64,000 nucleotides of DNA from a virus. Positions within the stretch are counted from its first letter, which is position 1. Each line of letters opens with the position of its first letter. This document shows, piece after piece, positions 27,776 to 40,700 of this stretch. The DNA lies in IMG/VR virus record IMGVR_UViG_3300032322_001460, positions 3,942 through 67,941 of that record; one strand, written 5' to 3'. The notes below the pieces were generated by a model. That model searched no databases. It worked only from the letters and a program-made list of their open reading frames with translations, and was not told where the DNA came from. The position numbers and the translations under genes are program-made.

Positions 27776-29908
27776 TTATAATTTACAAACAACAACTTCT
27801 ATAACTCCCTCTGTGCCGTCAAAATCTTCAAGAGCTTTTCCTACAATAGTTCCAATTTTTGGATCTATTGATGGTCTTGCATACCCGTTTCCTCCACTAG
27901 TAAGCAGATCACCTTTACGTATTTTTCCTCTAACTTTGCAAGGAACACGGCCTTCTAACGCCATAGGTACAACATATTTTCCTTTACATTCAGAATTCAT
28001 TAAATATCCAGGATTAGTTGATACAATACCAGCAACTCTTCTAGTTTCGTCCTCTGCTAAAGTCACTTCAAATTCGCCACCAAATTCTAATACTGTTCCT
28101 GGCTCATAAGCTTTATCCGATAGATAATTTTCAGCTAAGTCGGCATATTCTGCCGAAGTTGCTCTACCTCGGAATTTATTGGCACCTACATCGATATCTT
28201 TATTTGAAACCCATTTATCGCCTGTTGCTCTATAATAAAATTCAGCGAAGGATCCGTCTATTAATAATCCCGATTGATCAGCTGCTGCAGAACTTGGAGA
28301 TCCGGATGCCAGTGTTAATGTTTTATCTGCTACATTTACAACAGTTGAATTAACTGATAAAGTTGTACCTTGTATAGTAAGATTTCCTGTTATAATAAAA
28401 TCTGCATTAGCGGTAATTGTTGTTCCGCCCACTGTGGGATACAACGATCCGACTCTTGATATGCTTCCTTGGTATTCAGTAGCATATACAGTATTCCATC
28501 TAAAATCAGGTAACCCTAAATTTATATTACCACTTTTGGTTTTAGTGAATGCAGGATTATCATCGCCGCCTAATATAACTGCCTGAGCAGAACTGATAAA
28601 AGAGACAGCAGGATTATTTTGACTTTTTGGAGAATCATTAATTTCTAAACTCAATCCGCCACTTGTAACTGTAGACTCTATAGTCGGATTATTACTGTCT
28701 AAATATAATTTTAATTGCTGTCCACTACCAATTTTTATACCAAATTCGCCTACATTAAGGTCAGCTAGTGTTCCTACAGAGGTTAAACTAGACTGAAATA
28801 CATTTGACGGAATAGTGTTTCCTGTTAAAGTATTGGCAGATGCAGACACCGTAATATTTGCACTGCCGTCAAAAGAAACTCCGTTAATTGTGACCGGTGT
28901 AGCTAATCTCGAAGCAGTTCTGGCATTTCCTGTTAGAGTATTTCCAACAAAAGTATTTGCTTCTATTACATCGAATCTGCTGGTTCCCGAAATAGCTGTA
29001 ACATTTCCAGTTACATCTCCTATAAGATCAGCTGTGACTGTACCTGCACTAAAATTTCCAGAAGTGTCTCTAGCAACTACTTTTCCTATTATATTAGACG
29101 ATGATGCATCTACTGACCAAGTAGTAGCAGAACTACCATCAAAATTACTTCCTATAAGATATGTTCCCCTTGACAGGGTATTAGCTGTAGAAGATTTTAT
29201 GTTTATATTCTGAGTACCATCAAAAGGAATTCCATTAATGTTCACATAGTTTTCTAATCTAGTGGCGCTGGTAGAATTACCTAATACATTTCCATTTAAA
29301 TTTGTTCCAGATTTTAGATTTATACCTCTTACAAGAGCTGTATACCCAGTCAAATTTTCCGAAGTATTGATTGTAAACGAATCGCTTGTATAGATAGCTA
29401 TCGGTTCATTATTGCTATAAAAAAGTGCAGCAGGATGTTGTACTCCATTAACATCTGAGATAGATCTACTTACTAGTTTTGTTATTCCAAAATTCTCAAT
29501 AGCATCTGGTCCGACAAGATTCCATGTCTCTCCATCTGAAACATATAACTGATTAGTATTGTTTTTAAACCATAATGCCCCAGGAATAGGATTAGTAGAG
29601 GCAGCGTCTACAGCTGAATTTGGTGCTGTATCGGAGACCGAAGCTCCGCCGGCGGGCGACCATCCTGTTCCACTATAAACATTCAATGTTTTAGTCGATG
29701 TATTATACCAAGTCTGTCCAGTTATAGGTTTTGAAGGTGCTGTTGAGTTAGCAAAATTTTCTAAAATGAACACAAAATTTTCATTTTGTATTTCTCCGTA
29801 ACCGGTGTAGTTTCTTCCTACAAGTCCTAAACTTGTAGAATTGTCTAATGTTCCGTCTTCTAAAACAGTTAATCTTTCACCGTTGAATTTATTAATTACA
29901 TAAGCCAT
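27776..29908 (-). CDS. Tail fibre-like protein with C-terminal autocleaving chaperone-like domain
   Basis: Same N-terminal module; repeated 'A.RL....INGV/I.FDG..NI' units; C-terminal 'YADLAENY...MALEGRVPCKV'. Confidence 0.75.
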   Translation of the reverse strand: MAYVINKFNGERLTVLEDGTLDNSTSLGLVGRNYTGYGEIQNENFVFILENFANSTAPSKPITGQTWYNTSTKTLNVYSGTGWSPAGGASVSDTAPNSAVDAASTNPIPGALWFKNNTNQLYVSDGETWNLVGPDAIENFGITKLVSRSISDVNGVQHPAALFYSNNEPIAIYTSDSFTINTSENLTGYTALVRGINLKSGTNLNGNVLGNSTSATRLENYVNINGIPFDGTQNINIKSSTANTLSRGTYLIGSNFDGSSATTWSVDASSSNIIGKVVARDTSGNFSAGTVTADLIGDVTGNVTAISGTSRFDVIEANTFVGNTLTGNARTASRLATPVTINGVSFDGSANITVSASANTLTGNTIPSNVFQSSLTSVGTLADLNVGEFGIKIGSGQQLKLYLDSNNPTIESTVTSGGLSLEINDSPKSQNNPAVSFISSAQAVILGGDDNPAFTKTKSGNINLGLPDFRWNTVYATEYQGSISRVGSLYPTVGGTTITANADFIITGNLTIQGTTLSVNSTVVNVADKTLTLASGSPSSAAADQSGLLIDGSFAEFYYRATGDKWVSNKDIDVGANKFRGRATSAEYADLAENYLSDKAYEPGTVLEFGGEFEVTLAEDETRRVAGIVSTNPGYLMNSECKGKYVVPMALEGRVPCKVRGKIRKGDLLTSGGNGYARPSIDPKIGTIVGKALEDFDGTEGVIEVVVCKL

Positions 29909-29919
29909 CTAACGCTCCA

Positions 29920-31938
29920 TTATACGAATGTTTCACTGATATATTTCCAACCAACACCAATTTGTATTTGAAAAGTTTTAACTGTTCTAGGCGAAACCTG
30001 GATAGTCTGGGCAGGAACAGTAACTGATGAGAAAGAAACAGACGATATTCCCGGCGAAGTGCCCGGTGATCCGCTAGGCGGTGTTAAGAAATTTGTAAAC
30101 GATGTAGATTTAGCTGATTCAACATCTGCTGTAGAATTAGCGTTTGTTAATGATGTACATAACACTCGTGCTACAGTCCCTACTTCATATTCTGTGATCG
30201 GAGCCAATGTAGATAATATTCCTTCAATTCCGACATTGGTTAAGCCGTCTGAAATATCCATACTGAATACCAATGACCTAGTTCTAACAAAATTTAATAC
30301 ATATTGTTTGTTGGTGGCTTCTGTATTTTCTGTAGCGGATATAAGAGATGGTGATTCCCCAGTTTGACTAGGTGCCGATTGTGATGTTGTTGCAACGCCC
30401 CTTAATAAAGGAAATCCTACATTTGTTTGTGTTCCATAAGTAGATCCTGTGACCTGTCTTAATTGTATATTTCCTGTACCATTAGGAGTAATTTGTATAT
30501 CAGAATTTGTAGCGACTGCAGATAATCTATTTTGCTCTAATCTCAATACCGGAGATCCTGCAGATGGACCGATTTGAACAAATATCTGAGGTCCGAAACT
30601 GGTTACCCCCGGTATACTGGTAATTCCTGGTCCTAGACTACTACCATCTATTACAGTAGTTCCATTTATCTTAAATGCTTTTCCTGCTTCTAAATTTATA
30701 TGTTCGGAACTATTCCAGGCATCGTCTGCTAGAGCCATTCTAGTCCCTGAGGAACCTTTGTTCGAATTGCTCCATTGGAATATGTGATCTTTTAATACCC
30801 AAGTATTATATGTCGGACTCGAAACCTCTTCATCAAAATAAGCGCCTTTTAATACTATACCACCCTCGTCGGCATATTCGTCCCTATTAAGACTACTGTC
30901 ACCGGTCTGTGCCAAAACAATTAATTTATCTTCAACATTTAATTCAGTAGTCTTTACAATAGTGACATCTCCGTCATTTACTGTAAGGGTACCATTAATA
31001 GTAATGTTTCCTGCTATGGATAATGATCCGCCGATATTAACTTGACTACTGATATAAGCATTGTTATCATATATTCCGATAGTTCTTGTGATAGGATCAA
31101 TAGTTATAGCATCTTCAGCTTCTAGATCCTTCTTAACAGTTATTTTAAAACTTTTATTATTGGCGATGTTCGCCATTTGTACATTTGAATTATCTACAAC
31201 TAGTTGAAACTGATCGTCACTTCCTACTAGCAAATTATCTCTTACACTGAGGTTGCCTTCGATGGATCCGCTTGTATCACTTCTAACATATGAAGATGCT
31301 GGTTGGTTTCCTAATCTATCTGAATTTGTTGCGGTGACTGCAAATTTGATTCCGGCAGCGGTTGCTTGATTAAATCCCGGTATTATTTCAATTCTACCAA
31401 ATCCCGATATTTCTGTTTTTGGTGTAAATGTATCTTTTGAAAAGATGCCAAGTAATACAGCATTTACATATAAAAGTGTAACGATTCTAGTTTGATTTCT
31501 ATCATCTAATACGTTAACAACTTTTAATCCGCTTAATCCTTGACTCTGGGAATAATCAGGACCTAACAATATAGGATTAACGCCGTCATAAAAATATAAT
31601 TGCTTATCGGTGCTATTAAAAAATAAATCGCCTATAGCAATATCAGTAGGGAGAGAATCGGATATAGTAGCACTAGAAACTGGCTGAAAAGAAGATCCGT
31701 TATAAACTTTTAATTTAAATTCTGATGTATCAAACCAAATTTGTCCTCTAATAGGATTTGTCGGAACAGCTGAACCTGCAAAATTTTCTAATAATTTTAC
31801 AAAATTTTCATTTAAGGCATCTCCAAACCCGCTATAATTTTTTCCTATAAGAGTAAGATCGGTAGTTACATTATCTAACTGACCGTCAGCTAGAGTAGTT
31901 AAAATTGTTCCGTCAGTTTTATTAATTGTATACGCCAT
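29920..31938 (-). CDS. Tail fibre/baseplate-associated structural protein
   Basis: Same N-terminal module ('GKNYSGFGDALNENFVKLLENFA'); fibre-type segment 'GNITINGTLTV...VEDKLIVL'. Confidence 0.7.
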   Translation of the reverse strand: MAYTINKTDGTILTTLADGQLDNVTTDLTLIGKNYSGFGDALNENFVKLLENFAGSAVPTNPIRGQIWFDTSEFKLKVYNGSSFQPVSSATISDSLPTDIAIGDLFFNSTDKQLYFYDGVNPILLGPDYSQSQGLSGLKVVNVLDDRNQTRIVTLLYVNAVLLGIFSKDTFTPKTEISGFGRIEIIPGFNQATAAGIKFAVTATNSDRLGNQPASSYVRSDTSGSIEGNLSVRDNLLVGSDDQFQLVVDNSNVQMANIANNKSFKITVKKDLEAEDAITIDPITRTIGIYDNNAYISSQVNIGGSLSIAGNITINGTLTVNDGDVTIVKTTELNVEDKLIVLAQTGDSSLNRDEYADEGGIVLKGAYFDEEVSSPTYNTWVLKDHIFQWSNSNKGSSGTRMALADDAWNSSEHINLEAGKAFKINGTTVIDGSSLGPGITSIPGVTSFGPQIFVQIGPSAGSPVLRLEQNRLSAVATNSDIQITPNGTGNIQLRQVTGSTYGTQTNVGFPLLRGVATTSQSAPSQTGESPSLISATENTEATNKQYVLNFVRTRSLVFSMDISDGLTNVGIEGILSTLAPITEYEVGTVARVLCTSLTNANSTADVESAKSTSFTNFLTPPSGSPGTSPGISSVSFSSVTVPAQTIQVSPRTVKTFQIQIGVGWKYISETFV

Positions 31939-31948
31939 TTTCTTTACC

Positions 31949-34066
31949 TTAGAATTCTGTTGGTCCTGATCTAATAATAAAATTTAATGTCAAAAACGGA
32001 TTCAATGTAGAAAAAGCTGTTGACAAAGTTTCACTAGTTTTAATACCTCCACTTGTAGGAAGATACTGTGTTTGAGAAGGTGTTGTGCCTCCTCTTCCAG
32101 AAAAAGATCCGATATCTGTAGGAACAGCACTATCTGCTCTTGTTGAATAATATTGTTCACCAGCAGAACCAACCATATCATGTTCATGGTCGGGTAGATT
32201 GGCCACTGTTAGAATCTGGTCTGAAGATCCTCCTGTGCCTCCCACAGTTTGTGCCTCAATACCTTCCACTCTTCCTGCCGGTCCCGATACCTTTCCTGCA
32301 ACTTGCCCAGTAGCAGGAGGTGCTGCCTGCACTAATCCACTAATAACACCGTCATCCTTATTGTCCATGTCGTCTCTACCAAGAACGAATCGACCTCTAA
32401 GATCCGGAAGCTTAAAAGTTTCAAAACCTATCGACGGAGCACCGTATGCATTTCCAATTATGTTATACAAAGTTCGATATCTCGATATCTCAACTTCTCT
32501 ACCATCGCATAACAGATAGCCGGCAGGAACGACTTCTCCTGCAAAAGGAATAATACCGCCAATAGGTATAATTGCATCTTGTAAAAATTCTTCCTTACTA
32601 ATTTTAAATAAACCTGTCGATCCTCCAGTTGTCGAAGGAGCAGATCTAAAAATTAATAAATCATCGTTCTTGTCTAAAGGATATCTTTCATCGGGTGCCC
32701 TTGTTTGACCGCTAATTATTTCGCTGGTTAATATTGTTTCAAGAGTTATAGATCCTTCAGTACCGGTAAATGTTTCTACTGTAGAAGTTACTGCTCCAGT
32801 AGTTTTAAACAAAGTTGGAAATTTTAAATTTGTAGCTGTTGTAGCATTACCGGTAATATTTCCAGTTAATATTCCAAACAGGTTCTGGGCATATAAATTT
32901 TTAGTATAAACGGCGTTGTATCTTAGATCGGAACTTTGTCCTAAATTATATGTATCAGTAACAGATGGTCTTACATTACTGGTAGTAGTAATGCCCGTAA
33001 CATTGAGCGTTGTTCCGACTAAGATATTTTTCGATACTGCTATACCTCCTGCGGTTCTTAATGTTCCGTTACTGAAATTAGTACTTTCATTTGTAGAAGT
33101 TAAAATTATGGATCCGTCTACTTTAAGATTTCCGCTGATATCTAGTGCTTCGTCCGGAACATTTTTATTGATAGCAATTTTATTATCAATCACTCTCAAT
33201 ACAGTTACTGGTCTATTATCTTGATTGGTTTGTATATCAATACTACTGCCGGCTGTAGAATTATAAATTTTTCCTGCACCTGATGAAACACTTAAACTAA
33301 AGGTCCCGTCAACACCTAGTGTTAGACCTTGATTGTTTTTAATATTAAAGCCTTGTTCTGTAGTGTTTAAAACATCTGATCTTAAAAACCTAGTAGCAGG
33401 AATTTCTGATCCTAACACATTTAGAGAATCTGAGTTTAATGCTGCACCGTAAAATTTAGGAGAAAATCCCCCCGATCCAAGATCACTAACGGAAGAAATA
33501 TTTACACCAGACTTAATTGTTGTAAAACCAGTAATAGCAATCTTAGGAGTGAAGCTATCCTTAGAAACAATTATTACAGGCTCGTCCTCGACATAAAAAG
33601 TTACAATGACTTTATTTTGGTTAGTACTATCCACAATCTGTTCAACTAGAGGACCGCTTCTCAATCCTGTTGAAAAGTTAGGTCCGACTAAAATCCAACG
33701 TTCTCCACTGAAAATATAAAGTTGTTGATTATTTGTATCTACCCACAATTCGCCAGTTTCTGCCGAAGAGAGGCTAGGTTCATTATTATCAACTCGAATG
33801 TTACTGGCTGCTTTCCAATTAGTGCCATCGTATATTTCTAAACTTTTATTATTTGTATTGAAATATAATTGTCCTTCTACTGGATTCTCTGGTTTATTTG
33901 CATTGGCAAAATTTTCTAGGAGATGTAGAAAATTTTCAGCGACGTTTTGACCGTATCCTGTGGTGTTTCTACCTGGAAATGTTAAACTTGTTTCCGTATT
34001 GTTAGTGCTATCATTAACGGTAATGGGTAATTTTGCACTATCAGTAAAATTGACATTATATGGCAT
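31949..34066 (-). CDS. Tail fibre protein with phage tail-collar domain
   Basis: Same N-terminal module; tail collar 'IPIGGIIPFAG...GYLLCDG...LYNIIG..YG...FKLPDLRGRF'; 'NLPDHEH' and 'PFLTLNFIIR'. Confidence 0.82.
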   Translation of the reverse strand: MPYNVNFTDSAKLPITVNDSTNNTETSLTFPGRNTTGYGQNVAENFLHLLENFANANKPENPVEGQLYFNTNNKSLEIYDGTNWKAASNIRVDNNEPSLSSAETGELWVDTNNQQLYIFSGERWILVGPNFSTGLRSGPLVEQIVDSTNQNKVIVTFYVEDEPVIIVSKDSFTPKIAITGFTTIKSGVNISSVSDLGSGGFSPKFYGAALNSDSLNVLGSEIPATRFLRSDVLNTTEQGFNIKNNQGLTLGVDGTFSLSVSSGAGKIYNSTAGSSIDIQTNQDNRPVTVLRVIDNKIAINKNVPDEALDISGNLKVDGSIILTSTNESTNFSNGTLRTAGGIAVSKNILVGTTLNVTGITTTSNVRPSVTDTYNLGQSSDLRYNAVYTKNLYAQNLFGILTGNITGNATTATNLKFPTLFKTTGAVTSTVETFTGTEGSITLETILTSEIISGQTRAPDERYPLDKNDDLLIFRSAPSTTGGSTGLFKISKEEFLQDAIIPIGGIIPFAGEVVPAGYLLCDGREVEISRYRTLYNIIGNAYGAPSIGFETFKLPDLRGRFVLGRDDMDNKDDGVISGLVQAAPPATGQVAGKVSGPAGRVEGIEAQTVGGTGGSSDQILTVANLPDHEHDMVGSAGEQYYSTRADSAVPTDIGSFSGRGGTTPSQTQYLPTSGGIKTSETLSTAFSTLNPFLTLNFIIRSGPTEF

Positions 34067-34068
34067 TG

Positions 34069-34740
34069 TTATACCTCATTAAAACCGGTTAGACTTTGTA
34101 TCCTGATTGTATAATCAATCTGCAATAATCTGTTCAAACTTTTCTGTACAGGATGGAACACAACATGAGTTAACAATTTTCCCGAACCCGACGGATCATA
34201 AGATTTTAATCCTAATTCATCAAATACAAAATCTCCCGATAATGTTTGACTATTATCAAAAGCTTCTTGACCATCAGGCTCGCCGTAATCTAGTAAACAA
34301 GTTATAATCACGTCCGAATAAGTTGCACCGCTAATATGTCTAACTTCCATTTTGTTTCTAACAGGATCTGTATTTGCAGTAGCATTTTGATCCACTATTT
34401 TATTATAAGTTTGATTATATAATCCTGTATTAGTACCGATAGTATTGGGAGTTAGATACGAAATTAATCCCGTAGGATCTACTGTTGTTCCCCCTGACCC
34501 AAATACCATTTCATAAATCCAGCCTTTGCCCTGGTTACTAATACTGTTAACCATAGCAATACTCATATTTTCATAATGAATCGCGTTTCTTTTATCGATT
34601 AATACTTCTTTTGTATCCGGGTCCCAGATTTTGATATGCCCTTCGTAATGAAATCCTCCGATCTCATTAGGCTTTTTTTCTGGAATTTGAATGTTTTTTG
34701 GCATTGGCTGCTGTTCCATATTGTTCTCTTCTAAATCCAT
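34069..34740 (-). CDS. Virion structural protein (baseplate/fibre attachment)
   Basis: 'FVFDELGL...LLTHVVFHPVQKS..RLLQIDYTIRI' resembles fibre/baseplate anchor domains. Start may be 34719. Confidence 0.65.
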   Translation of the reverse strand: MDLEENNMEQQPMPKNIQIPEKKPNEIGGFHYEGHIKIWDPDTKEVLIDKRNAIHYENMSIAMVNSISNQGKGWIYEMVFGSGGTTVDPTGLISYLTPNTIGTNTGLYNQTYNKIVDQNATANTDPVRNKMEVRHISGATYSDVIITCLLDYGEPDGQEAFDNSQTLSGDFVFDELGLKSYDPSGSGKLLTHVVFHPVQKSLNRLLQIDYTIRIQSLTGFNEV

Positions 34741-34744
34741 AGTG

Positions 34745-34750
34745 TATTTA
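34745..34750 (-). promoter_or_regulatory. Late promoter core TAAATA overlapping the stop of the giant gene
   Basis: Minus strand GAA-TAA-ATACACT-ATG. Confidence 0.5.
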
Positions 34751-37700
34751 TTCGGGCAACTCCGTAGTCTTTTGCGACAAGAATATCGCGATCGAGGTGT
34801 TATTTTCTAACAAACTCTGCCCAGTTGTCGCTGTTGTTTGTCCTCGATCGTACCAAGATTTTCCGGTTCTACGAATTATTGTGATTCTAGTTCCTACTTT
34901 TACTGGCTCCGAAAGTCTCACGTAATTTGAGTCTCCGTCAACACTAAATTCTGCCTGTATAGTTTCATCGGCTAACGGGCTTGACGGTCCTAACTCTTCT
35001 TTATAGATTGTGATAGGATCTTTTCTTAATCTTGTACCGCCTACAAATACTTCTACCTGATCACACGGACCGTATTCTTTAGGAATACCTGATATTCCAG
35101 TATCTCTAAACCAAGAATTTCTAGTTGATTTACTAGGAACATAAGGTAACGGTCCTATTAACAACGTACTACCGTCACTGATAAAATTATCTTTATCTTG
35201 AGATTCAACATAAGGTATATTCTCAGAAGATCCTAAATTAATTACATGACTGCCCTGTTCATGCACTGTAGCAATAGCTGTGCCAAAACTTCCCCTTCTA
35301 AGTTGAGATAAAGTATTTCCGCTCAATGACAAGTATTCAATCTTTTCTCCGTTGATTTCGATAATTCCAGGAATGTTCCTCGAAGCTATCGGAATTGAAA
35401 GATTAGATGCATCAGTTACTTTTATAGATTGATCATAATAATTTAAGTCTTGAGCTAATTTGACATTTCGATCGATCGAATAACGCTTATAATAATAGAC
35501 GTTCAACATATCTTTGAATATCTGATATGCTGAAGATTTTTTATAAATCCTATTACCAAATTGGAAGATTTTAATTTTATCCGATACGGTAGTTTCATCA
35601 TTTAGATATAAAACTGCTCTAGGTAACGATACCGAATAATCTTTATTTCCAGTTAATCTTACACCGTTCTTGTAAACCCAGACATAACTAGAATTAATAG
35701 GAGGAGCAGATAATCGATAGATCGATTTACCTCCAGTATATTCATCACTGATAATATCAAATGTTGGGTATTCGCTGAACCATGTTACTGTAATAGAATC
35801 TCCAGAATTTAAACTTACAGAATCACTTATTACAATATCATTATTAACAATGCTATACTCGCACCTTACATCAGTTTCAACTTTGATTATATCACCTATT
35901 TGAAGATAAGAGGTTGAAACTGTAACTACACTAGTAGTACCATTATAAGTCCAAGCAACTAAAAATGATTGTTCTACATTATTAATAAAAACTTTAATGT
36001 TATTAGAAGTGATGGTTCCGGAAATTTCGATAGGATCTACCCCTACTGTCAGTGTGTTGTTTGTGCCATTGTATACCTGAACTACTGTATCAACTCCTTG
36101 TAAAAGTACAGAATTGACCTCCACTAACATAGCAGATCTAGAACTATTTCTTGTTAAGTTTACAAACTTATCAAGATCAAATCGACGAATGCTTCCGTCA
36201 TAAGTGAATGTCTGTTGATTAGATCGAATCACAGATTGCTGAGTACTATCAGTATCTAAAGAAGATCCTAATACCACAATCTTAACGACTTGACTTAATT
36301 CTGGACGTGACCCAAATTCTACTAAAGTCTTTCCTGAAGTTTCTGTAACTGTCGAACTTTCAACAAATCCAATATCTACTTCAATACCATCTACAGTGAC
36401 TAGTACTGATTGGGTATCGGAGTAATTAGCCTTGGTAAGGAAATGAGAAGTTTCACCGTCTGCTGTAAATTCGGTATAATCTAAAATCGATACGCCGCCA
36501 ACACCGATCGAAATAATTTCAATTAACGAGCCAGCGACTGGAGCATCGTTAAATTCTATTTGATTAGTCGAATAATTTATATTATAGATTATGCTGCTTG
36601 TTTCAATAAAATCTTGTTTGACTTTATCTACGTAAACAGCAAGGGATTCACCTTCTAATATATGTAATCCTATATCAAAATTCTTCTGTGTACCATCAGC
36701 AAAATATAATCTTAAATTAATAGGAGATGCCCCAGTAAAGGTTGAATTAAAAACTTTAATACTAAGACTTTCTAATACCTGTCCAGGAACATTTTCTTCT
36801 GGGGCAGGTACTTGATCAGGATCTATTAATTTTCCTCCATCAATTGAAATATCTTGTGCTAATGTGCCCTGAGCAGTTGAATAGGAACCAGCCACAACAT
36901 TAGAACCTGTTAGGTTATCGGTCCAAGTTCCTGCAAAAGATCCTCCGCTAATTTCTGTATCTAGAAGATTAGGATCTTTAATCGAAACTGTACCATCACT
37001 TTCAAAATTTCTAAATATTAAAGTATCGCCAGAGAAAGTCTGTATTCCGTACTCATCAAACACTACTGTTCTGTTTTCTCCATCGCCGATAAATGTAGGC
37101 ATTAGTGCATTTTCTGGGGCAGTGGTTCTACCATTAGGCATCACTGTGCTACCATCGTACATTCCATAATAAGGATCGTCAATTCTGATAGGAGTCGGTT
37201 CAGCAACTGCTTCATCATAAACTACTACCGGATTTCCATTTATATCTAATGTCTCGATAGATCTTAATTCTTTAGATCCGGCACGTTTTAGATATATTGA
37301 CACACGCTGACCCTCAGCAGGAGCAGTCGGTAATAAAACCGTTATGGTACTACCGTCATTGGAGCTAGGAACAATAAAATGATAATCATTGTTAGATTCT
37401 ACACTATCCCACCCATCAGTAAACCATGGCAGAGCATCCCAACCGCCGCTGACATCAAATGTCGTTCCTTGAATTTGGACGCCACCATAATCTATTCCTG
37501 TCATTAATTGACTAACAACTTTACCTTTCATTCCTTCTGCAGGATTATAATAAGCATTTATTCTATTAACACTATCGTAGATTTCATTAGATTTTTCATA
37601 AACAACATCGATTAAATCACCTTGCTCAAGTTGAATTAAAAATTTAATTTTAGCCTTGGTCAACGAATAAGTGTCTGTTGTAGAAGTATAATAAACAATT

Positions 37701-40700
37701 TCATACTCATTATTAAAAACAATCTGCCCATTTCTCGTAATTGATATCTTACTTTTATTTTTGTTAGGGGCATATTTTAAATCAAATATAGACGAAGATG
37801 TTGTAGCAACAAATGTCTGTGAAAAATTAAATTCAGATAAAACTCCGTTTCTACTTATTCTATCAAATTTTAATCTCACATCAAAAGTTCTTATCGGAGA
37901 TTCACCTAAAATCGCTACCGCTTTAGCAATGTTATTGTTAAATCCGTTGCCTCCTACTAAAGAAATTGTAGGAGCTTTGGTGTAACCTTTTCCACCCGAT
38001 ATCAACTTAATAGATCTTACTTGTTTGTTCGATATAAATGCTATAGCTTCTGCGCCTTCTCCGTCACCTTCTATTAATACTTTAGGTACGGTAGTATAAC
38101 CTTCTCCTTTAGAAGAAATAACAATTTCTTTAATTTCAAATCCTAAATTATCTTTCCAATGTTTCCAAGGATATTGATCTGTTAAATCATAAGAGCTGTT
38201 AATTGGTAAAATTTTTCCGCTCGCTGTGGAATACGACGGAGGTAAATCAAAATCAGTTAACACTGAGTTATCTATATCAACGTTAGTATATCTACTTGTA
38301 TATTGCCTAATTGTTGTACGATATGGTTTAACTTCTTCTACATAATTTCTAAAACTATCTAGGCTATCATTTTTATAATTAACTTTCTGCTCTAAAGATC
38401 CAACATTATGAGTTGCATTCAAGAAACTTGTCTTAAATGCCCAGTCAATATATTCTTGCTCTGAGAAAGCATATCTTAATGAAATAAAGAATAAATTATT
38501 CCACTCGTTTCTTAAATCTTCTATAAAAATATCTTGTTTAACTGCATTTAAAATATTTCTCAATTCTAAAGATGGCAATAAATCATATTCACTCGTGTCA
38601 TAAGAACTAGTTGCATCAAATCCTAATACTTGAGATTCTTTACTATATAATTTTGTAGATAACTCAATAGTTCCATTTTGCCTTCCGACTAATTTGTAAT
38701 TGGTTAGAATATCGCCCTCGCCTTCTTTAACTTTAACAATTAATGCCCAGCCGCCTGTTCCAAATTCTTTAATTTTTAATAAGTCGCCTTCTTGTATAGA
38801 TAAAGAACTTTCTTCATAGAGAGCTGTTATTTCTTTGCCGATTCTAGAAGTTTTAGAATATCCTTTTTCATACCAGTCGATCTTTGACCAATATTTGGTA
38901 GTGTCGTATCCTTGAGATTCACTTCTAAAGAAATCTTTTCTTATGTTATCATAAGAATATACACTCCAGAAATTATTAGCGGTTTCATCACTGTTTACTA
39001 AAACTGCATAACTTCTTACTTTTGCTATCGCCGAAGTATATTTTTTTCCTTTAGAAAGAACTGTAACGGAATTTATTCTTCCTTGGTTGTCTATCGTTAA
39101 TACTGCTTTAGCTCCGGATCCGTCGCCTTCTATTTCAATTGGCGGAACTACCTTATAGCCAAATCCGGGATCTGCGATATCAATCGTATCAACTTCCGAA
39201 TCTACTATATTCACGTTCAGGATAGCTTGTTTAATTCTAACGGTATTGACATTTTGTAAATCGATAAAGTTTTCTACTTCTTCGTCAAATACATTTGAGC
39301 TTTGTTCAGGTTTCAAATCTACTAAATTTAGATTTCGATAATTTAATGTATCTGCAAAAGGACGAAGTAATAGATGTTCGTTAATTCTATCAATTATTAT
39401 AGATAAAATCTTATTATTATCCTTAAACATTCCCTGCCTTGGTCTAAAAGACAGACCATATCGTTGCTTTGCAGGAATTTTAGGATCCGGAACAGAATTT
39501 CCGGCCTGATCAAATCCAACTAAACTATCAATCCATTTTGCTTCGATATCTTGATTCGGAATACTGCCTATTAAATTTTCCGATAACAACATATATTCCG
39601 AGTGGCTTAGATTATTGGATTTTTTAGTTTTTCTATATTGAATATTTAGATACGCACTATCATTCTTTAATAAAGAATTAAAATTGTAAGCTAAAAATTT
39701 ATCAGAATCCATTAATGCTACAATCGGTAATCCCGATAACGACGGATTAATAATCAAAGATGCTACATCCGATGAAGGTAGTCTTCTTCCTATTACGTCG
39801 CTCGGCAATAATGATTTATTTTTAACCCAGAAATAATATCTAGTTCCAGTTAACTGTCCTGTGTTTACGTTATAAATTTCTTTAACACTATAAACAGTAT
39901 TATCATTATGTAAAGGTTGTCCCGAAATTCCTTCGGCTAATCCCTCGTTCGTATCGGCAAGTACACTCCAATCGGAAGGTAGTATCGGAGATTCGACCCA
40001 TTCGTATATGTCGATCGACGATCCATATGCCAAGGCATTCCAATTTCCTGATCTAAAAACATCATCGCCTTGTTCATAATCTATCCATTTTACAGCAGAT
40101 AAATCCCACCACAACTTGCCTACATTTTTTTCAAACCATGCTGTAGTTTCATCTACTACCTGTTCATCGGTTCCATTAGTATAAACCGCAGGGTCGTAAA
40201 CTGTTTTAAAACTTAATTCTTGTTCAGCTATTCCTAAAATTTTTAATTTTGCATGATCTATTATGTCAACATCTGCTAATTTAGTATTTGTAACTTCGTC
40301 ATAGACTTCTATTGAAGTTAGAAGATCGATATCAACTTTCTGTGTTTGCTGAGCTAATGTATTCCAAGAATTTACGTTAGGATCTTTTCTAAATATCCGT
40401 GTTATTCCTATTGGATGAGAACTTAATATCTGTCCTGTGGTTTCTAGAGGAGCTCTATAATTAGGAGAACCTACAACGATCACTGAACCAAAGGTATCAA
40501 TACTATAACCAAAAGATTCGGCATTTTGCAGATCAGCTTCTAATTTTTCTGCTAATAGATATATGTTAGATTTCTTTTCAAACACATATGTTTGTCCAGT
40601 GTATCCTTGTGGCTCACTGAAACTAGTAGCATTACCGTCGAAAGTGGTTCCAACCGAGATATCAAATCTCACAGGAATTTTGTAAGGAGCATTTTTAGCA

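Noticed and set aside
26095-33224. Several 60-130 aa + strand ORFs opposite the fibre genes
   Set aside because: Antisense shadows of G/T/N-rich coding sequence, with no independent signals.
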